Assembly: GCA_002269645.1 (NCBI GenBank)
Contig: NIVC01003726.1
Coordinates: 1-64,000, forward strand
DNA from: Macrostomum lignano
Lineage: Eukaryota
Direction of reading: 5' to 3'
Length of the DNA: 64,000 nucleotides
Shown: positions 25,901-44,403 of the stretch, piece after piece
Position numbering within the stretch: position 1 is the stretch's first letter
Layout of the letters: each line of letters begins with the position of its first letter
Position numbers and translations under genes: made by a program
The notes under the pieces: model-generated
What the model was told of the DNA's origin: nothing
The model's input: the letters and a program-made list of their open reading frames with translations, nothing else
Databases searched by the model: none

Positions 25901-26922
25901 GCTAAACACGCGCGAATCAAAATAGGCGAGGCATTTCACAATGTCCGTGTGCTCGGTCGCCTTGATGAAGTCGTGCGGATCGATGTAGTGTCGGCGCAAC
26001 TTGTCTGTGGGGAGTTTGAGCACAGTTATCGAGATTTATTAGTTAGTCACACGCTCGCACAGGGGTTGACCCCAACTCTGACACCAACATTAGAAAGCCA
26101 GGACTCACATTTGTCCAGCTCGTAGAGATTGATGCCAGTGCTGGTGCCGCAGACCAGCTGGCTTTTTCTAATGTTCACCGCCATTGAGTAAATTGCCTCC
26201 TCTGTCTGCAGAAGAAAGTCGAACATTTTAAGTGCACTCTAGAGATAGAAAGATAATATAATAAAGAGCTTGAGCATACATGCACAATGTCCACCAGAGA
26301 GTTCCCAGACCAGAACATGATGACGCCATCCTGACCAGCTGTGATGAATGTTTTGATTTCTGGCCTAAAAGAGTGTTTTAAGATATTGTTAAGCAACATT
26401 AAAACTTTATGAATAAAAAATTCCAAAAATTGTGGTAAATACCTTACCAGTAAACAATACTTGTAACCCATCCTTGGTGCCCGGGGCTCAAGTGCTGAAC
26501 AAACTTGCAGGGATCGGCTTCCCATACTTTCAATGTGCCATCTGTAAGTACCGAAATTTAGCACGCCTTTTGGAAATTTTTAAATAAATTTAGCTTTAGA
26601 AAAGCAAAAATTCAATTTATGTCATTCACGCTACATGTTGTATGCAATATTGAATAATGGACTATTTACATAACACAGAAACAATAATAGCAAAATTAAA
26701 CAAAATTTGGCAATGGCCAGCTAGAAATATAAAAAGCTTACATATATAAGTAAGTCAAACGTGATACCATTTAGATATATTTTCGGAAGGCTGAACTGAA
26801 AAATAGAAGAACGAATTACCTTCGAAACCAAGAACTACTTCTCTTCTAGCTGGATTAAAACCTATCGCAGTAATATTTCGACTGTGAGTATCCTTAATTG
26901 TGTATGCATGTCTAACAGACAT
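16923..26922 (-). CDS. Multi-WD40-repeat protein, 18 coding exons, about 831 aa, with a central coiled/charged insert
   Basis: Exons in + coordinates: 26820-26922, 26448-26541, 26280-26364, 26109-26205, 25666-26004, 25252-25452, 24587-24685, 24406-24496, 22948-23043, 22805-22856, 21341-21437, 21034-21149, 20732-20910, 20543-20641, 20059-20242, 19533-19648, 18409-18502, 16923-17276. All are GT-AG and phase-consistent with one open frame (2496 nt). WD motifs include GFEDGTLKVW, TAGQDGVIMFW, SAFDKCVKVW, TSGWDQRICIW, GHTADVNCV..TASEDRSIKLW and GHFDSIRSI..TASWDGRIGIW. Confidence 0.93.
17455..17530 (-). mobile_element. tRNA-derived SINE head or tRNA pseudogene in a WD40 intron
   Basis: Reverse strand has A-box-like TAGCAGAGCGG and B-box-like GGGTTCGAGCTC; no acceptor stem. 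Confidence 0.55.
17990..18055 (+). mobile_element. tRNA-derived SINE head or tRNA pseudogene in a WD40 intron
   Basis: A-box TAGCTGAGTGG and B-box GGTTCGAATCC; no complete cloverleaf. Confidence 0.55.
18076..18315 (+). repeat. About 21-bp minisatellite
   Basis: (GGAATGGTGGCAACCCCCACCA)n variants. Confidence 0.9.
18684..19512 (+). repeat. Two blocks of a 42-bp minisatellite (about 18684-18875 and 19260-19512)
   Basis: ACACACGCGCCCCAACCCCAATCATTC..AATGT units. Confidence 0.88.
19182..19257 (-). mobile_element. tRNA-derived SINE head or tRNA pseudogene in a WD40 intron
   Basis: Reverse strand reads GGCCGTAGCCCAGCGGTCTAGCG...AGGCTCGATTCC; the acceptor stem does not pair. Confidence 0.55.
20283..20500 (+). 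repeat. About 100-bp direct repeat, 2-2.5 copies
   Basis: CTCCGAGAACCATA..CAGCGATGGCTCTGTACGCAAGAGA..CCCCATCCATAGGCTAGCAATGT repeated. Confidence 0.85.
21463..22690 (+). repeat. 20-bp minisatellite, about 60 copies
   Basis: GATCTACAGCTACCCAATCT switching to AATCTACAGCTACCCAATAC after about 22270. Confidence 0.95.
24140..24400 (+). repeat. About 35-bp minisatellite (related copies at about 25510-25635)
   Basis: CCCCAGTCGGATAAGTACACACCGCCCACCTCACT units. Confidence 0.88.
24737..25216 (+). repeat. 12-bp purine-rich tandem repeat
   Basis: (GAGAGACAGGGA)n. Confidence 0.95.
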
Positions 26923-27301
26923 TGTGAAAAGTGGTATTTTTATCAAATAAAAATCCGGTTGAATTGTGTAAATTCCCTTACTTTTTGAATAACAAAATCA
27001 GCCCTTGTTTCTATTGTAAACTTAATAAGCATTTAAACAAAATCAAGCTGCATAAGCACAACAGTTTGAAAAATGAAAAAAGTGAGCAGTTTAAAAATAA
27101 AAAAAAGTTTCTTTCCCTCTGCGTTTTATGTTCAAAATCTTTAGTCAATTTATGAAGAGCCAACACATCCCCATGCCAACAAGAAGAGCAATCTTTCAAT
27201 ACTTGAAAGCCCTCCAAAAAACCTGTTTCCGTCGAATGCATGTGTCTCCTTGATACATTTTTGAGCCAGACGAGACATTAACTATCAAAAACTTTCGAAT
27301 C
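26923..27301. promoter_or_regulatory. Putative bidirectional promoter between the WD40 gene and CFAP276
   Basis: Divergent ATGs only 379 bp apart. There is one imperfect X-box-like sequence, ATCCCCATGCCAAC, at 27167-27180 (weak). Confidence 0.55.
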
Positions 27302-29184
27302 ATGTCTACTGCTCACCGAGACCCTTATCCTTATCCTCGGTATGAGAGTGACCAGACTCTTGCAGGATTGAAACCAACGGAGGTACGTTCGAAACAATGC
27401 AATTGTTTTTACTGCTAAGGGAAGCGGTTTACCTTTTATACATGTAGAATCTCTTCGATTCATTTAATTGTCTTACGACTATATGAGCTTTAACTGTCAA
27501 GTCTTGGCAACTATAGATCAGTGCACTCTAAAATCAATATTTATAAAGCATGATACTGATACCAATATCCACTATAATAAAAATTCAATGGAAGGACAAA
27601 CTAGACAAGAAAATGTACTAAATCTTGCTAAATCTTAAATTTTAAGCTAAAATAAGAATTTTTCAGTGAAAATTTGGCTGATTTTATCATTCTTCATTTG
27701 CTCAATTCATACATTCAATAGACTTTTGCTACAGTCATTAAAAAGTATTTTCTAATAATTATTTTAGGTTTTCTATTTTTGATTATAATTTTTTTAGTAT
27801 TTTAAATTTCAACAGAAATTAATTTTTTTTAAAAGACTGGCACAATTTTCAAATTTTTTCTTGGCAAAAATATCATAGCATAAACAATATTCGCTCATTT
27901 CACTGTCTCAACATGATTTCAAACTCAATCTCACAACCCAACAGAAAGCCACCTACTCAAAGCCAACTCATCTGGCGCAGCAAGATGACCCGTGGAGCCG
28001 CCTGAACCTCAGCCAGACCCTGACCAGCACCCGTCACCAGGCATTCTATTACGATCCGCAGGCGCCAAACGACAGTCTGGACTTTGTTCTCAAGACCGAG
28101 TACGATCAGCACAGGGATCTGTTCAAAGGCAAAAGCCAGGTTCTGCTGCAGACCGAGACCTGCTATGATGAGCACGGGTAAGGCATCTTTATTTTTTGAC
28201 CAGATTTTTCGATTCGAATCTTTATTGCGCGAAAGGCCACAGAACTTACTGACAATGATATTTTTTTAAAAAGACAATCAGGAAGAAAGGAAGAGGATCC
28301 GTGAGTTGCTGACGCGGTGAAATATTTTTATTGCATTATTTACTCTTTCATTCATTTATGAAGCTACACAATTATTGTGTGAAAGCTGATTCCGTTGTAC
28401 GAGCTTCCGATTATGATTTCTATCCGCTATCACTTTTTCTCTGTTAATTTCATGCGCTTTGCTATCTTGCTATCTATGTTGCACAACCCGATTTAGCTAC
28501 TGAAAGTAATATTTGAGATTTTTGAGGCGATTACAGCGAAGAACAGATTACTTTTATTTTTCGTTTTTTTAATTACACAAAGGTTCCTTTTATGCTCCTT
28601 TATATTATTTTCAGTCGAGTGCTCAAGAACAGGATCCGCCAGGTGCAGCAGGTGCCACCCAAGCTGGGACACCCGCTGCGCCAGTGGCAGCAACCGCGGC
28701 GCGAAGACGTCAACAGCATCAAGAATGCCATCGGTGAGCATCTGTGGGCTGACTGGCCTAGAGAGAGAGAGCTGAGGCTAACGATATGTATCGAAACTAA
28801 ACTTAACTTGCGTAGAATTCAAATATTGATCCAGACCAGAAGTTAGTTTCTTTTGAAAAAAATTCTAGGTAAGAAAAATTGAAAATCTTTCAAGTAGAAA
28901 AGTATAGACAGGATCGATTCCCTATATGTATCGAAAACAAACTTTTGTGTTGCCAGAAATTTAGGTACATTGGCAAGTTTTCTTGAATAAGAAATCATTT
29001 TTGGCTTTTTCTATTGCCACTGCTAGCTGAAAAGTCCAATGGAATCTAGATTAAAGCTGTGTTACTTTTCTGCTACCGATATGTATCGAAACTCACAAAA
29101 CTTTGCCTTGCAGAGGGCCACCACACTCAGGCCACGAACCGGGGCTATTCCCGCAAGCCAGATGGCGGCCACTTCACTTCCTAA
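27302..29184 (+). CDS. CFAP276: CFAP276 / C1orf194 homolog (DUF3695 ciliary microtubule inner protein), 167 aa, 4 exons
   Basis: Exons 27302-27382, 27945-28177, 28615-28733 and 29114-29184. The protein [70 protein letters not shown] matches the family signatures RDP, PTHLAQ, PWSRLN, D.LDF and TN.GYSRK.DGG.F. Confidence 0.92.
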
Positions 29185-29691
29185 AAGAATTTGACGTCAA
29201 TCAGGCTCGACTGAGCAGCACGATTTTGAACTCTTTCAATATGAGAGCAGATACTTATACATAACTGCTAAATAAAATGTGGAAATATATTCATTTCGGG
29301 TCGCTTTTTCGCAGTTTATTTTGCGAGCGTTGTCGTATCTTTTGTTCACAATTATCCAATACGAGTACTGGATATAGGAAAAGTTTAGCAAGTCTGCTCA
29401 ACTGTTTCCTTTTACAATTTTTTAACAAAAATTGCTGCTGATACCGTTTTATCTTTTATCTCTCATTAGTAGATCTTTGTTTGGTATGTAGTATACCTCG
29501 TTTGGTTGGAGATTTTCGAATACATTGGGAATAAAAAGTGTGTGCTCGATTATTGGCTGCAGTCCTAATCACAATATACTAAATCTCTAAGGTCTGTCTT
29601 ATTATTATGATTATTATGATTTTTATAATTAACTTTTGAGTGTTTTTTGAAGATTACACTGAATTTTTATTGAGCCCCCCTGATCTTAAGG

Positions 29692-30030
29692 ATCAGTGAT
29701 TTGGGATCCGTGATGTGGGATTAGAGATTTGGGATTAGTAATTTGGGATTAATGGTTTGGGATTAGTAATTTGGGATCTGTGATTTAGAATTAGTGATTT
29801 GGGATTAGTGATGTGGAATTAGTGATTTGAGATCAGTGAGTTGGGATCAATGATTTGGGATCAATGATTTGGGATCAATTATTTTGGATCAGTGATTTGG
29901 GATCAGTGATATGGTATTAGTAATATGGGATTACTGATTTGGGATTTGTAATTTAGGATTAGTAACTTGGCATTAGTGATTTTGGATTAGTGATTTGGGA
30001 TTATTAATTTCGGATCAGGATTCGGGATCG
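29692..30030 (+). repeat. Degenerate approximately 19-20-bp repeat between the convergent CFAP276 and tetraspanin 3' ends
   Basis: GATTTGGGAT(T/C)AGT motifs. Confidence 0.8.
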
Positions 30031-30296
30031 AATTTTAGGTTCCGAACAAATCCATCACATTTATAGTTCACAAAATACAGTTTAAAGTTCACTGATATTC
30101 CAAGAACTACTTAAGTATATTACGTTACATTAGTCGTCCTATTCTTTAATACGAGTACTCATAAACAGAAAAATCGGTAATAAAACATTTTTATTGATAA
30201 AAAGAATCAGTTAAGGTTAACAAAAATCACAAATCACTGCAAGTGAAGCAACATATTCATGCAGAAATCAGAGAAGTTGAGAGTTCGAGAATTCGA

Positions 30297-33581
<3,285 letters not shown>

Positions 33582-33894
33582 GACTGAAGAATCTCCCAAA
33601 CAGCCTGGCAATTTCAAAATTCTTGTCTAAAACTCAACGAGCTCTATAGCTCTCTCAGTATACAGTAGAGAAGTGTAGAGACAGCATGCAACGAGTCTAA
33701 ACACTGCTCCACATTTTAATCGGCTAGTTAGTAGATAAGGTTTCCTAGGATACAACGGAGTGAACGTGGCCAAAACTGTGCAGAATTAAGTACTGTAACT
33801 CGACGCCATTTATTGCAAGCGACTTGATAAAAATAAGTATTGTAAACTATAAACGTATGAATTTAGTAAGGTGAGATTCCAGGAATCTGCAGAT

Positions 33895-34305
<411 letters not shown>

Positions 34306-36624
34306 ACGCTCCCAAATGCAGAGTCTGATGAGTGATGGAGGGAACTAACAGCAGCACGCTATGGTTCGTACTTTGTAGACCTACCCATGTGCCCTCGCCA
34401 ATCACGCCATGCATCTGATAGAGTAGCAGGCTCTTGGGAGCCGGGGTAGATGGCTTGTCATGAACTTCTGTGCTTGCGTGGGTTGTCCATCAAGCAGAAC
34501 TACATGTATAGGCAGGATGCGGCTTGTGTTATCAGCTCATCAGTCGGTCAGGAAGTATGGTGCATGCACATGGTGTACAGCTCAAGCTTCTCACGATAAG
34601 CTGCCAGCGTCATGTCCAAACGCTAGCATTATACTTTTCAGGCAAAATAGCCTACGCAAAAAAGTTATCCCCAGCAGCAAGAGCGCTTCGTCAACACTTC
34701 CGCTTGCCAAACCCAGAAAAAACTGAAATCCAAGAGCAAACTTCTCATTTGCTCCCAGTTTGCTAAGCGGGAGAGAGAAGGCCAAGCAGTAAGGAAAGGG
34801 AAGGCAAAGTAAATTCAAGTTATATAAATTTGAGCTTGAACTATATGTTGACCAAGTGAAACTTGAAGAAAGCTTACTGCATACAAAGGATCGTGTTTGC
34901 TTTTATAGGCTGGCTGGCTTAGAATTTTCTGTCTCGAAAATTGTTTAACTAACTAACGAGGCGACGAGCACAGTAAGGAAAAGGTTTTTTTGCGCGGTGT
35001 CTTTTTTGTAGCTAATAAGACCCCAGGATAGAGATCTGCTCCAAGCCCTTAATTTCGACCCTTTCTTGCTTTGTACACTGAAGTTTGTTTGACGCTTCGG
35101 GGTAGGAGGATCTTTGCAAGAGTACAGTACGTAGAAGTGAACCCCGAGGGGGTGGTTGTTCACGAATGTACATTGATTTCAAAGGACCGATTGGTCAAAC
35201 AGAGGGGGGTGTGCCGCGTGCGTACATTGCGGCCTTCCCCCCACTTAACACACAAGCCCCCGCTGTCTCAATATTTAAAATAAGTCTGCCCGAATAGATA
35301 TCGGCCACTGCTGTGCATGTCGCTCTCCAATTAAGTGTGTCCTAAATTAAAATTGTCTTAAATATCTGCGATTTTGACAATTCTGTTTTTTGACTCCCTC
35401 CCATAAAGTACACGCACCCGAGATTGATTAGACCTGCCTTTTCTTAACACAGTCTCTCGGCCAGGCCTCAAGGCGAATCGCAGATTGCACAGAAAGCCTC
35501 AATCTTCAGCCTCAGTGAATCCCGTCCATCCATAATTTATTGTCTTCTCTCGTTTTTCTTACCCACTCCCCGTATACTAAGCCTGCGAGTGCCAGCCTCT
35601 CTGCTGCATCAGATTAAACCCGTTTATTGCAGCCGGGATAGCGAATCCTCCTCCGCCCTCATAACACATAGCCATTTGCATATAATCTGAGATCAAAATC
35701 TGTCAAAGCCAGTGAGAAAGGAAGGAGAAAGAAAGGATATTCTCCCTCGGCAACGAGTCCAGTAAAAAAGTGTAACTGCGGTTAAGGGTTAACTTGCTTC
35801 GGTTGGCCTTAGAGCTTCTTACATCGTCTTCAGAAACCAGCAACAAAGGTAAGGCTGTTATTAGCCAATTTACATCATTGCACATACCTATAAGTACAGC
35901 AGGGTGACACCATGGCGCCTCAAAGCCGGACCAAATAAGTCCCACAGCTAACGCCCTTGCATCAAATTGACGAAATGAGTTTAATTTTGGCTCGCAGCTT
36001 TATATCTTTAAGTTTCTTATATAACTGGCTTAGTAAGTATCGAAATTTTGCTAATCATTTTGGCTAGCTTATGCGTTAATATTATACCCTAGTAATTAAT
36101 GATCAATGCCTTATATATGTATTCATGCATTTTTGGTTTTTGGGGAGTTCTGCTTCTACTCGCAAATCCTGAAGCAGCAACTATAGTCTTTTATCTGGCA
36201 CAGGTTTTTCATTACTCGCGAGTTGTAACTCAGAAAGGCTTCAAAATCCTTTCATATTGAGTCTTTATGGTTCTTACGAGCGTAATTGTAAATCTGAATT
36301 CTGCACGAGATAGTTTTTTATCAGTTTTTTCTAATTAGTTACCGTGCTCTCAATGAGAGCGAGGGGAGATTGGGTTTCTTCTGCAATCTGCATGGAGCAG
36401 TGCAACAGTGTGCACACTAAACCTTTTCTGCTAGCTACACTAGCTACAGTTATTAAAGTACACGGTTCTTACATTAGATTGTGCCAATTGCAACTTGGCT
36501 AGTTTCTTATCTGTAGGCGATTATATAAGGCCAAGTTGTGATTATTAGTTTTAAGTAAAAATTAAACATGATTTATAACGCTGCCAAGTGCTTAAACTTT
36601 GCTCAAATCGGTGCTGGTATCAGT

Positions 36625-37805
36625 ACTTCAGGGTCTGGGATCTGTGATTCAGGGTCTGGGATCAGTAATTCAGGATCTGGGATCAGTAATTAAGGGTCTG
36701 GGATCAGTAATTCAGGATCTGGGATAAGTAATTCAGGATCTGGGATCTGTGATTCAGGATCTGGGATCAGTAATTCAGGATCTGGGATCAGTAATTCAGG
36801 ATCTGGGATCAGTAATTCAGGATCTGGGATCAGTAATTCAGGATCTGGGATCTGTGATTCAGGATCTGGGATCAGTAATTCAGGATCTGGGATCAGTAAT
36901 TCAGGATCTGGGATCAGTAATTCAGGATCTGGGATCAGTAATTCAGGATCTGGGATCAGTAATTCAGGATCTGGGATCAGTAATTCAGGATCTGGGATCA
37001 GTAATTCAGGATCTGGGATCAGTAATTCAGGATCTGGGATCAGTAATTCAGGATCTGGGATCAGTAATTCAGGATCTGGGATCAGTAATTCAGGATCTGG
37101 GATCAGTAATTCGTAATGCGTGATCTGTAATACAGAATGTGAAGTCTGGATCAGTGGATTCTGTAATTTGTGATGAGAAATCAACTAATCTTTAATCATT
37201 TCATTCTTGCTTAGTAATTTGAAGCCATCCTAGCAGTCAGAGCTGCTGCTAAAGCAGTTGCCAACCTTTTAATTACAAATCTTAGTCTTCTTCTTTAGCA
37301 GAGCAGAACAAATCTGCACAAGCTTTGATGCAATTATTGCTTTTTATAAGTAGCATATGAACACACTAAGATAAGCTCGTAGAATTTATGGCTGTTATAA
37401 GACGCTAAGGCTGTAAGAAGCTATAAGGCTGTAAGACGCGAAGGCTGCAAGAAGCTAAGGCTTTAGGAAGCTAAGGCTGTAAGACGCTAAGGCTGTAGCC
37501 TGTAAGAAGCTAAGGCTGTAAGACGCTAAGGCTGTAAGAAGCTAAGGCTGTAAGACGAGAAGGCTGCAAGACGCGAAGGCTGTAAGACGCTAAGGCTGAA
37601 AGACGCTAAGGCTGTAAGACGCTAAGGCTGAAAGACGCTAAGGCTGTAAGACGCTAAGGCTGTAAGACGCTAAGGCTGCAAGATGCTAAGGCTGAAAGAC
37701 GCTAAGGCTGTAAGACGCTAAGGCTGTAAGACGCTAAGGCTGTAAGACGCTAAGGCTGTAAGACGCTAAGGCTGCAAGATGGAAAGGCTGTAAGACGGTA
37801 AGGCT
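36625..37805 (+). repeat. 21-bp (36625-37110) and 16-bp (37400-37805) minisatellites
   Basis: (GGATCTGGGATCAGTAATTCA)n and (TAAGGCTGTAAGACGC)n. Confidence 0.93.
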
Positions 37806-38485
37806 CTTAGACCCTGACACCATAGCAGCCATGCCATTCGGGTTGTTAATTAACAGAGATGTTTAGCAAAGGCACCAACACACTCATACAATGATGAAGC
37901 CAATCACTGCAAAAGGCTAAGTGGTTTCATCTGTATACATCTGCTTTTTCCCCTCATTAATGCCTCATCACGAGAGTTGGGCAAACAACCATAGCCCTTA
38001 GCTTTCATAGTTGCTGCTTTTGCAATAATTTAGCACTGCGCAATGCAAAATACCACAGGATCTATTTTGAGCAGAGCGTGTGAGCAGCTCATCTGGTCCA
38101 CCAGATTGCCTAAGGATTAAATGACTGCTCATGTCTGTCGAGAACTTGAGAAGATTGACAAGAAGCATGAGCTAATGGCAGTAAGAGTCATTTTTAGGGA
38201 GAAATTTTCGGGGTGGGTCCTTTATTCCCTCTCGCTTCTCTACTCGGCTTTCTCAATCCCATTTTCTTTCTCTCTTCTCGACAACTCGAGTCTTCCTGTT
38301 GCTTTCTCTCCTCCCTGTCTGCTTTTCTCCAGCATAAGTGCGTTCCCAGTTGCCTCTTCCTGCGAACCACAGAGCGCTGCCTCCCGCCACTTCCTTTCTC
38401 TGTGTGCTGCTTCATTTTAGGGACTTTTGCCCCTTGATGATGGGCATCACTTACTGCATGGAGCTCTCTGACTGTCTCGGCTGCT

Positions 38486-40562
<2,077 letters not shown>

Positions 40563-43500
40563 CGGCAGTGTACCCACTGTGCCTTGGGCGTTGTCACCTT
40601 GCACAAGCCGCAAACCAATTTCTGTACACAAGTTTTGCAGATGCCAAAAACTCATTATCTCCTACTTTAATAAGTAGTGTACGCATACTCTCCTGCACCC
40701 TCGCAAGACATCAGTCCCCTGCCGTTCATGAACCCGGCCTTGGTGCGCAAGGCGGTCAGTCAGCAGCAGTTCATCGGCGGCATCGTCCTGCCGCTGTCCC
40801 TCGCTCTCGCCCGCGTGCTGCCGCGCACCGAGACGGACATTGTGCAGCCGGTCAAACGCCAGCTGGAGTTCTACACTCGCCTGGTTGAGGATGAAGAACG
40901 GGAAGCTGCTGTCGCTGAAGAGGATTGACGCAGATGAGGATAATAGCGGCGCTGGTCAGGCATAGCAAAATGGTTGTTTTTTGCATGCTTAAGACTGGCG
41001 AAGTTAGTACGCAGATACTTTATTATTAACGATTGCGTTAAATTTTGTATTAAAATCTAAATCCAATTCAAATTGGCGCGAATGAGGAACGGGTTTTTTT
41101 AAACGGCGGTTAAAACGTCTAAAAAAATCAACAAGTTATTGTAAAACACAGCAATGCGAATTGATTGTCTGCAGAGGAACAAAAGCTTAGGAACTCCTTA
41201 AAATTCATAATAATGAATATAAGACCGTTGTTGGACACCATGGCACGATGCAGAGACAACATGGGGGGTCGGTGTTTTAACCTTTAACCAACCTTTAATA
41301 TAGTATTTAAAGGTTTTCTTAGATTTTGTCTCTCTTTGGCACCAATTTGAATTTGATTTAAATTTAAAGATTTGAATTAGAGTAAAATGATAGAAGTTAA
41401 ACTACAAAATCATTCCAAAATTAACTAATTTCAGTTTTACATCTCCACTATATCCTACGAGTATTCTGTGTGTTTTGTTTTTGCCTCCTATCAGATATCT
41501 TGCTAAATTATTTTTCGACAAGTTTGATATCAAGTTACGAGTAGTTTCGCTTATTCAGGGGTTGGCATTTTTTTACCTCGATGGCCAGGTAAAGAATACA
41601 GCTCATGGCCAGATGAGAGAGGAAAGGAGAGGGAATAGAGCAGAGAGAAGAGGAAAGGGGAGATTAGAGGAGATGACGATGAGAGAAGAGATGAGGTGAG
41701 AGATAAAGGAGAGAGAGGACATATGACATAGGATAAGAGAGGAGAGGAGATGAGAGAGGAGAAAAGAGAGCTGAGAAGAGACACAAACCTTGAGCAGGCC
41801 GGATTCATTAGTGAAGTTTTAAAGAATCCGAGAGCCGGAAAAAGAGGCTTCGTTGCATTTTGCCGGACTTTCCGGGTTGATCGGGTTCTGTAATAAAAAC
41901 TGTGATTTTTGTTTGTTGCTTTAAAACCTTGTCTGCGTTCTCTTTACGAGCTTTGTCATTCGATATTCATCTGTCAAATGTGTCTCGCATATTTCTATAC
42001 AATATTCTCTATTATTTTACATGTAATTTGTGTTTTTATTATTCTTATCAGGTTGCTGTGATACAATGACTGCTCTCAGTTAAAATTTTCCATTTCGCCT
42101 TGCTTGACCTTGACCAATGCATATGAGCGTTGGAATTTGGCTGCGTTGGAATTTGGCTGCGTTGGAATTTGGCTTGTTTCATTTAGACTTATTTATATAA
42201 CAGATTTTAGACTGACTTTTAAATATCGAACTTATGCAATATTAACGGCCACTAATATTATTTAATGACATGATCGAAGTAAAATATCAATGACATTTGT
42301 GAATTTTCAGCTAAATGTGCAAAAGCTGACTTTTGAAATCGTTTTAAATACACTTAATGTCTGACATTTCTATAGCGATTTTTGCTGACATGCTTACTGC
42401 TTGAGCTGTCGTGAAATTATCCGGGTCCCGCATTGTCCTCCAAATGTCTTTAATTAATAGAGGCCCACGACTTGCCAGAGGTTCCGGGATCATTGCAATG
42501 CTTATACTTTTACGAGTAGTATCTGGATGTTCTCACGCTTGTCCCAGACCCAGACTAAAACTGGAAATATCTACCTCAACACCAAGGATCACTAGAAGAA
42601 GTGGTCTTCTAGTGGTCCTTGCTCAACACATTTTTAAATGTGTTTTTCAAAAGCAGCAATTTTTCTGAGTCTCGAATGTAGCAACACGGTTATATCAGAA
42701 AATAGGCTACGAACAATTTATTAAAACTAACTTTCTTATTGAAGGAATCTGCGCTATTTTTGTTTTAATGTATGTTTTAACGATTTTAAAATACAAATCA
42801 CTTAGATTTTTGTGCTGATATATAATAATGTTTGTGTGCCGATTTAATGACAATTAATTAAACTTAGGTTTTATATAATAATATATATGTTAATACAATT
42901 TTGATTTAAATTTCAGCATCACTGCTCTCTTCTGTTTGAGTTCTCCGCTGTAAGCCATTGGTAGTTGGTACTGATGTTGCTAGAGACGTAGAGAGGACCA
43001 CTTGTCTTCTTGACCACTTCGGCATCGGCACTTGTCTTACCTTAAAACTAGGCCAGTAAGGCCAAGGGCACACATAGGATAGTGCCCCTTTGCCTGGAAA
43101 TTCTGGCGCACAGAAACCTTCACAGGTCAATACTTTAGCACATGTGGCACATATAGTGTAAATGTGAAGATAGTTTAAAAGCATTTAGCTATAATAAATA
43201 AAAAGTTGCCCTAGGCCTAGCCTATAGCAAGTTGGAAAAGGATTAAATAGTGAAGACTCAAGGAATATATTTGGTACTAGGCCTACTTGAATACCAAATA
43301 GAGGAATGTTATCATTATATTGACTATAAACTTAATTTTTTGTTTTATCAATAATTATAATTGCAATACAAGCTTTATTAACAAGTTGTAAACTTAGTTA
43401 GCTTTATTAAAAATTTTATATGCAATTAATAATAAAAGTTTTTATTACCAAAAGGATAGATATTTGTAGAAAAAGTAAAAAATCATATATCAAAGTCTCT

Positions 43501-44403
43501 ATGGCATAAGGCACTTTTTCAAAATTGATCAATCACTTGATCTGCATTAACTGTGCCAACTTCCAGGTGGATATGCAATAGAGATAGAGCTAGTGCATGG
43601 TAATTTCATCTGCTGGCGAGCCATATGAAGAGTTCTTTTGTGATGTTTTTGCATGTATAGGCCCTAATATTGTTTAATGCAATATTTCTAAGAAATATTA
43701 TATTTAATTTAAATATCTATTGAAAAAAGTTTTGTGGCAATCAGTTAGTCATTAGTGAATCAGAAGTTCACATTTGAATATGATTGTGAGCATTGTTATG
43801 ATCCCTAGCCCCATCCCAATCCAATGATGATAATGCATTTGCTATCTTATTGCAAAGTTTATATAAACTTAACTTTGAATTATATAGCCTACCTATGTAT
43901 AAAAGTCAAGTCAACATTTGGTGGGTCTTAAAATAATTTTTAAGACCTTTCAAATTTGTCTCTTTTCTCAGTTGCACCTGGCTAAGGTCAACTTCAGGGG
44001 GGCAGTTGCCCCTCCCTCTGCTCCCCCCTGTTTCTACCCTTGCAAACACTTCACCTTGTGACCTTTGATGAAAAATAGAAACTTTAAAGAGTTTGTCATT
44101 TTGGAGATAGGAAGTGTTTCATACTATTAATTTGTAGTTATTTTTGTTAAGATATATGTTTCATAAATATCTTGAAAAGTTCTATTGAAAAAATTATTTT
44201 ATTTCCCAGTTTTCTAGAATATTCAAACATAGAGAAGTCTTAACAATAGATAATGATATAAAAGAAAGCTAAAAAATAATAAAATGTTGTTTAAAATTAA
44301 TTAAAAATGATAGTAAAAAATTGTTCTTGGCAAAATGATCATACATAGTACCCTAGACCTACCAGCCTATAGGTTATAGAACTTGTTTCAATGACAAGAT
44401 ACT

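Noticed and set aside
34320-34400. CTGATGAG as a possible hammerhead ribozyme core (also CTGATGA near 16174 and 16216)
   Set aside because: No stem II followed by GAAA, and no flanking helices.
36690-37184. ELLIPDP / SVIQDLG heptad-repeat ORFs
   Set aside because: Translation of a 21-bp minisatellite.
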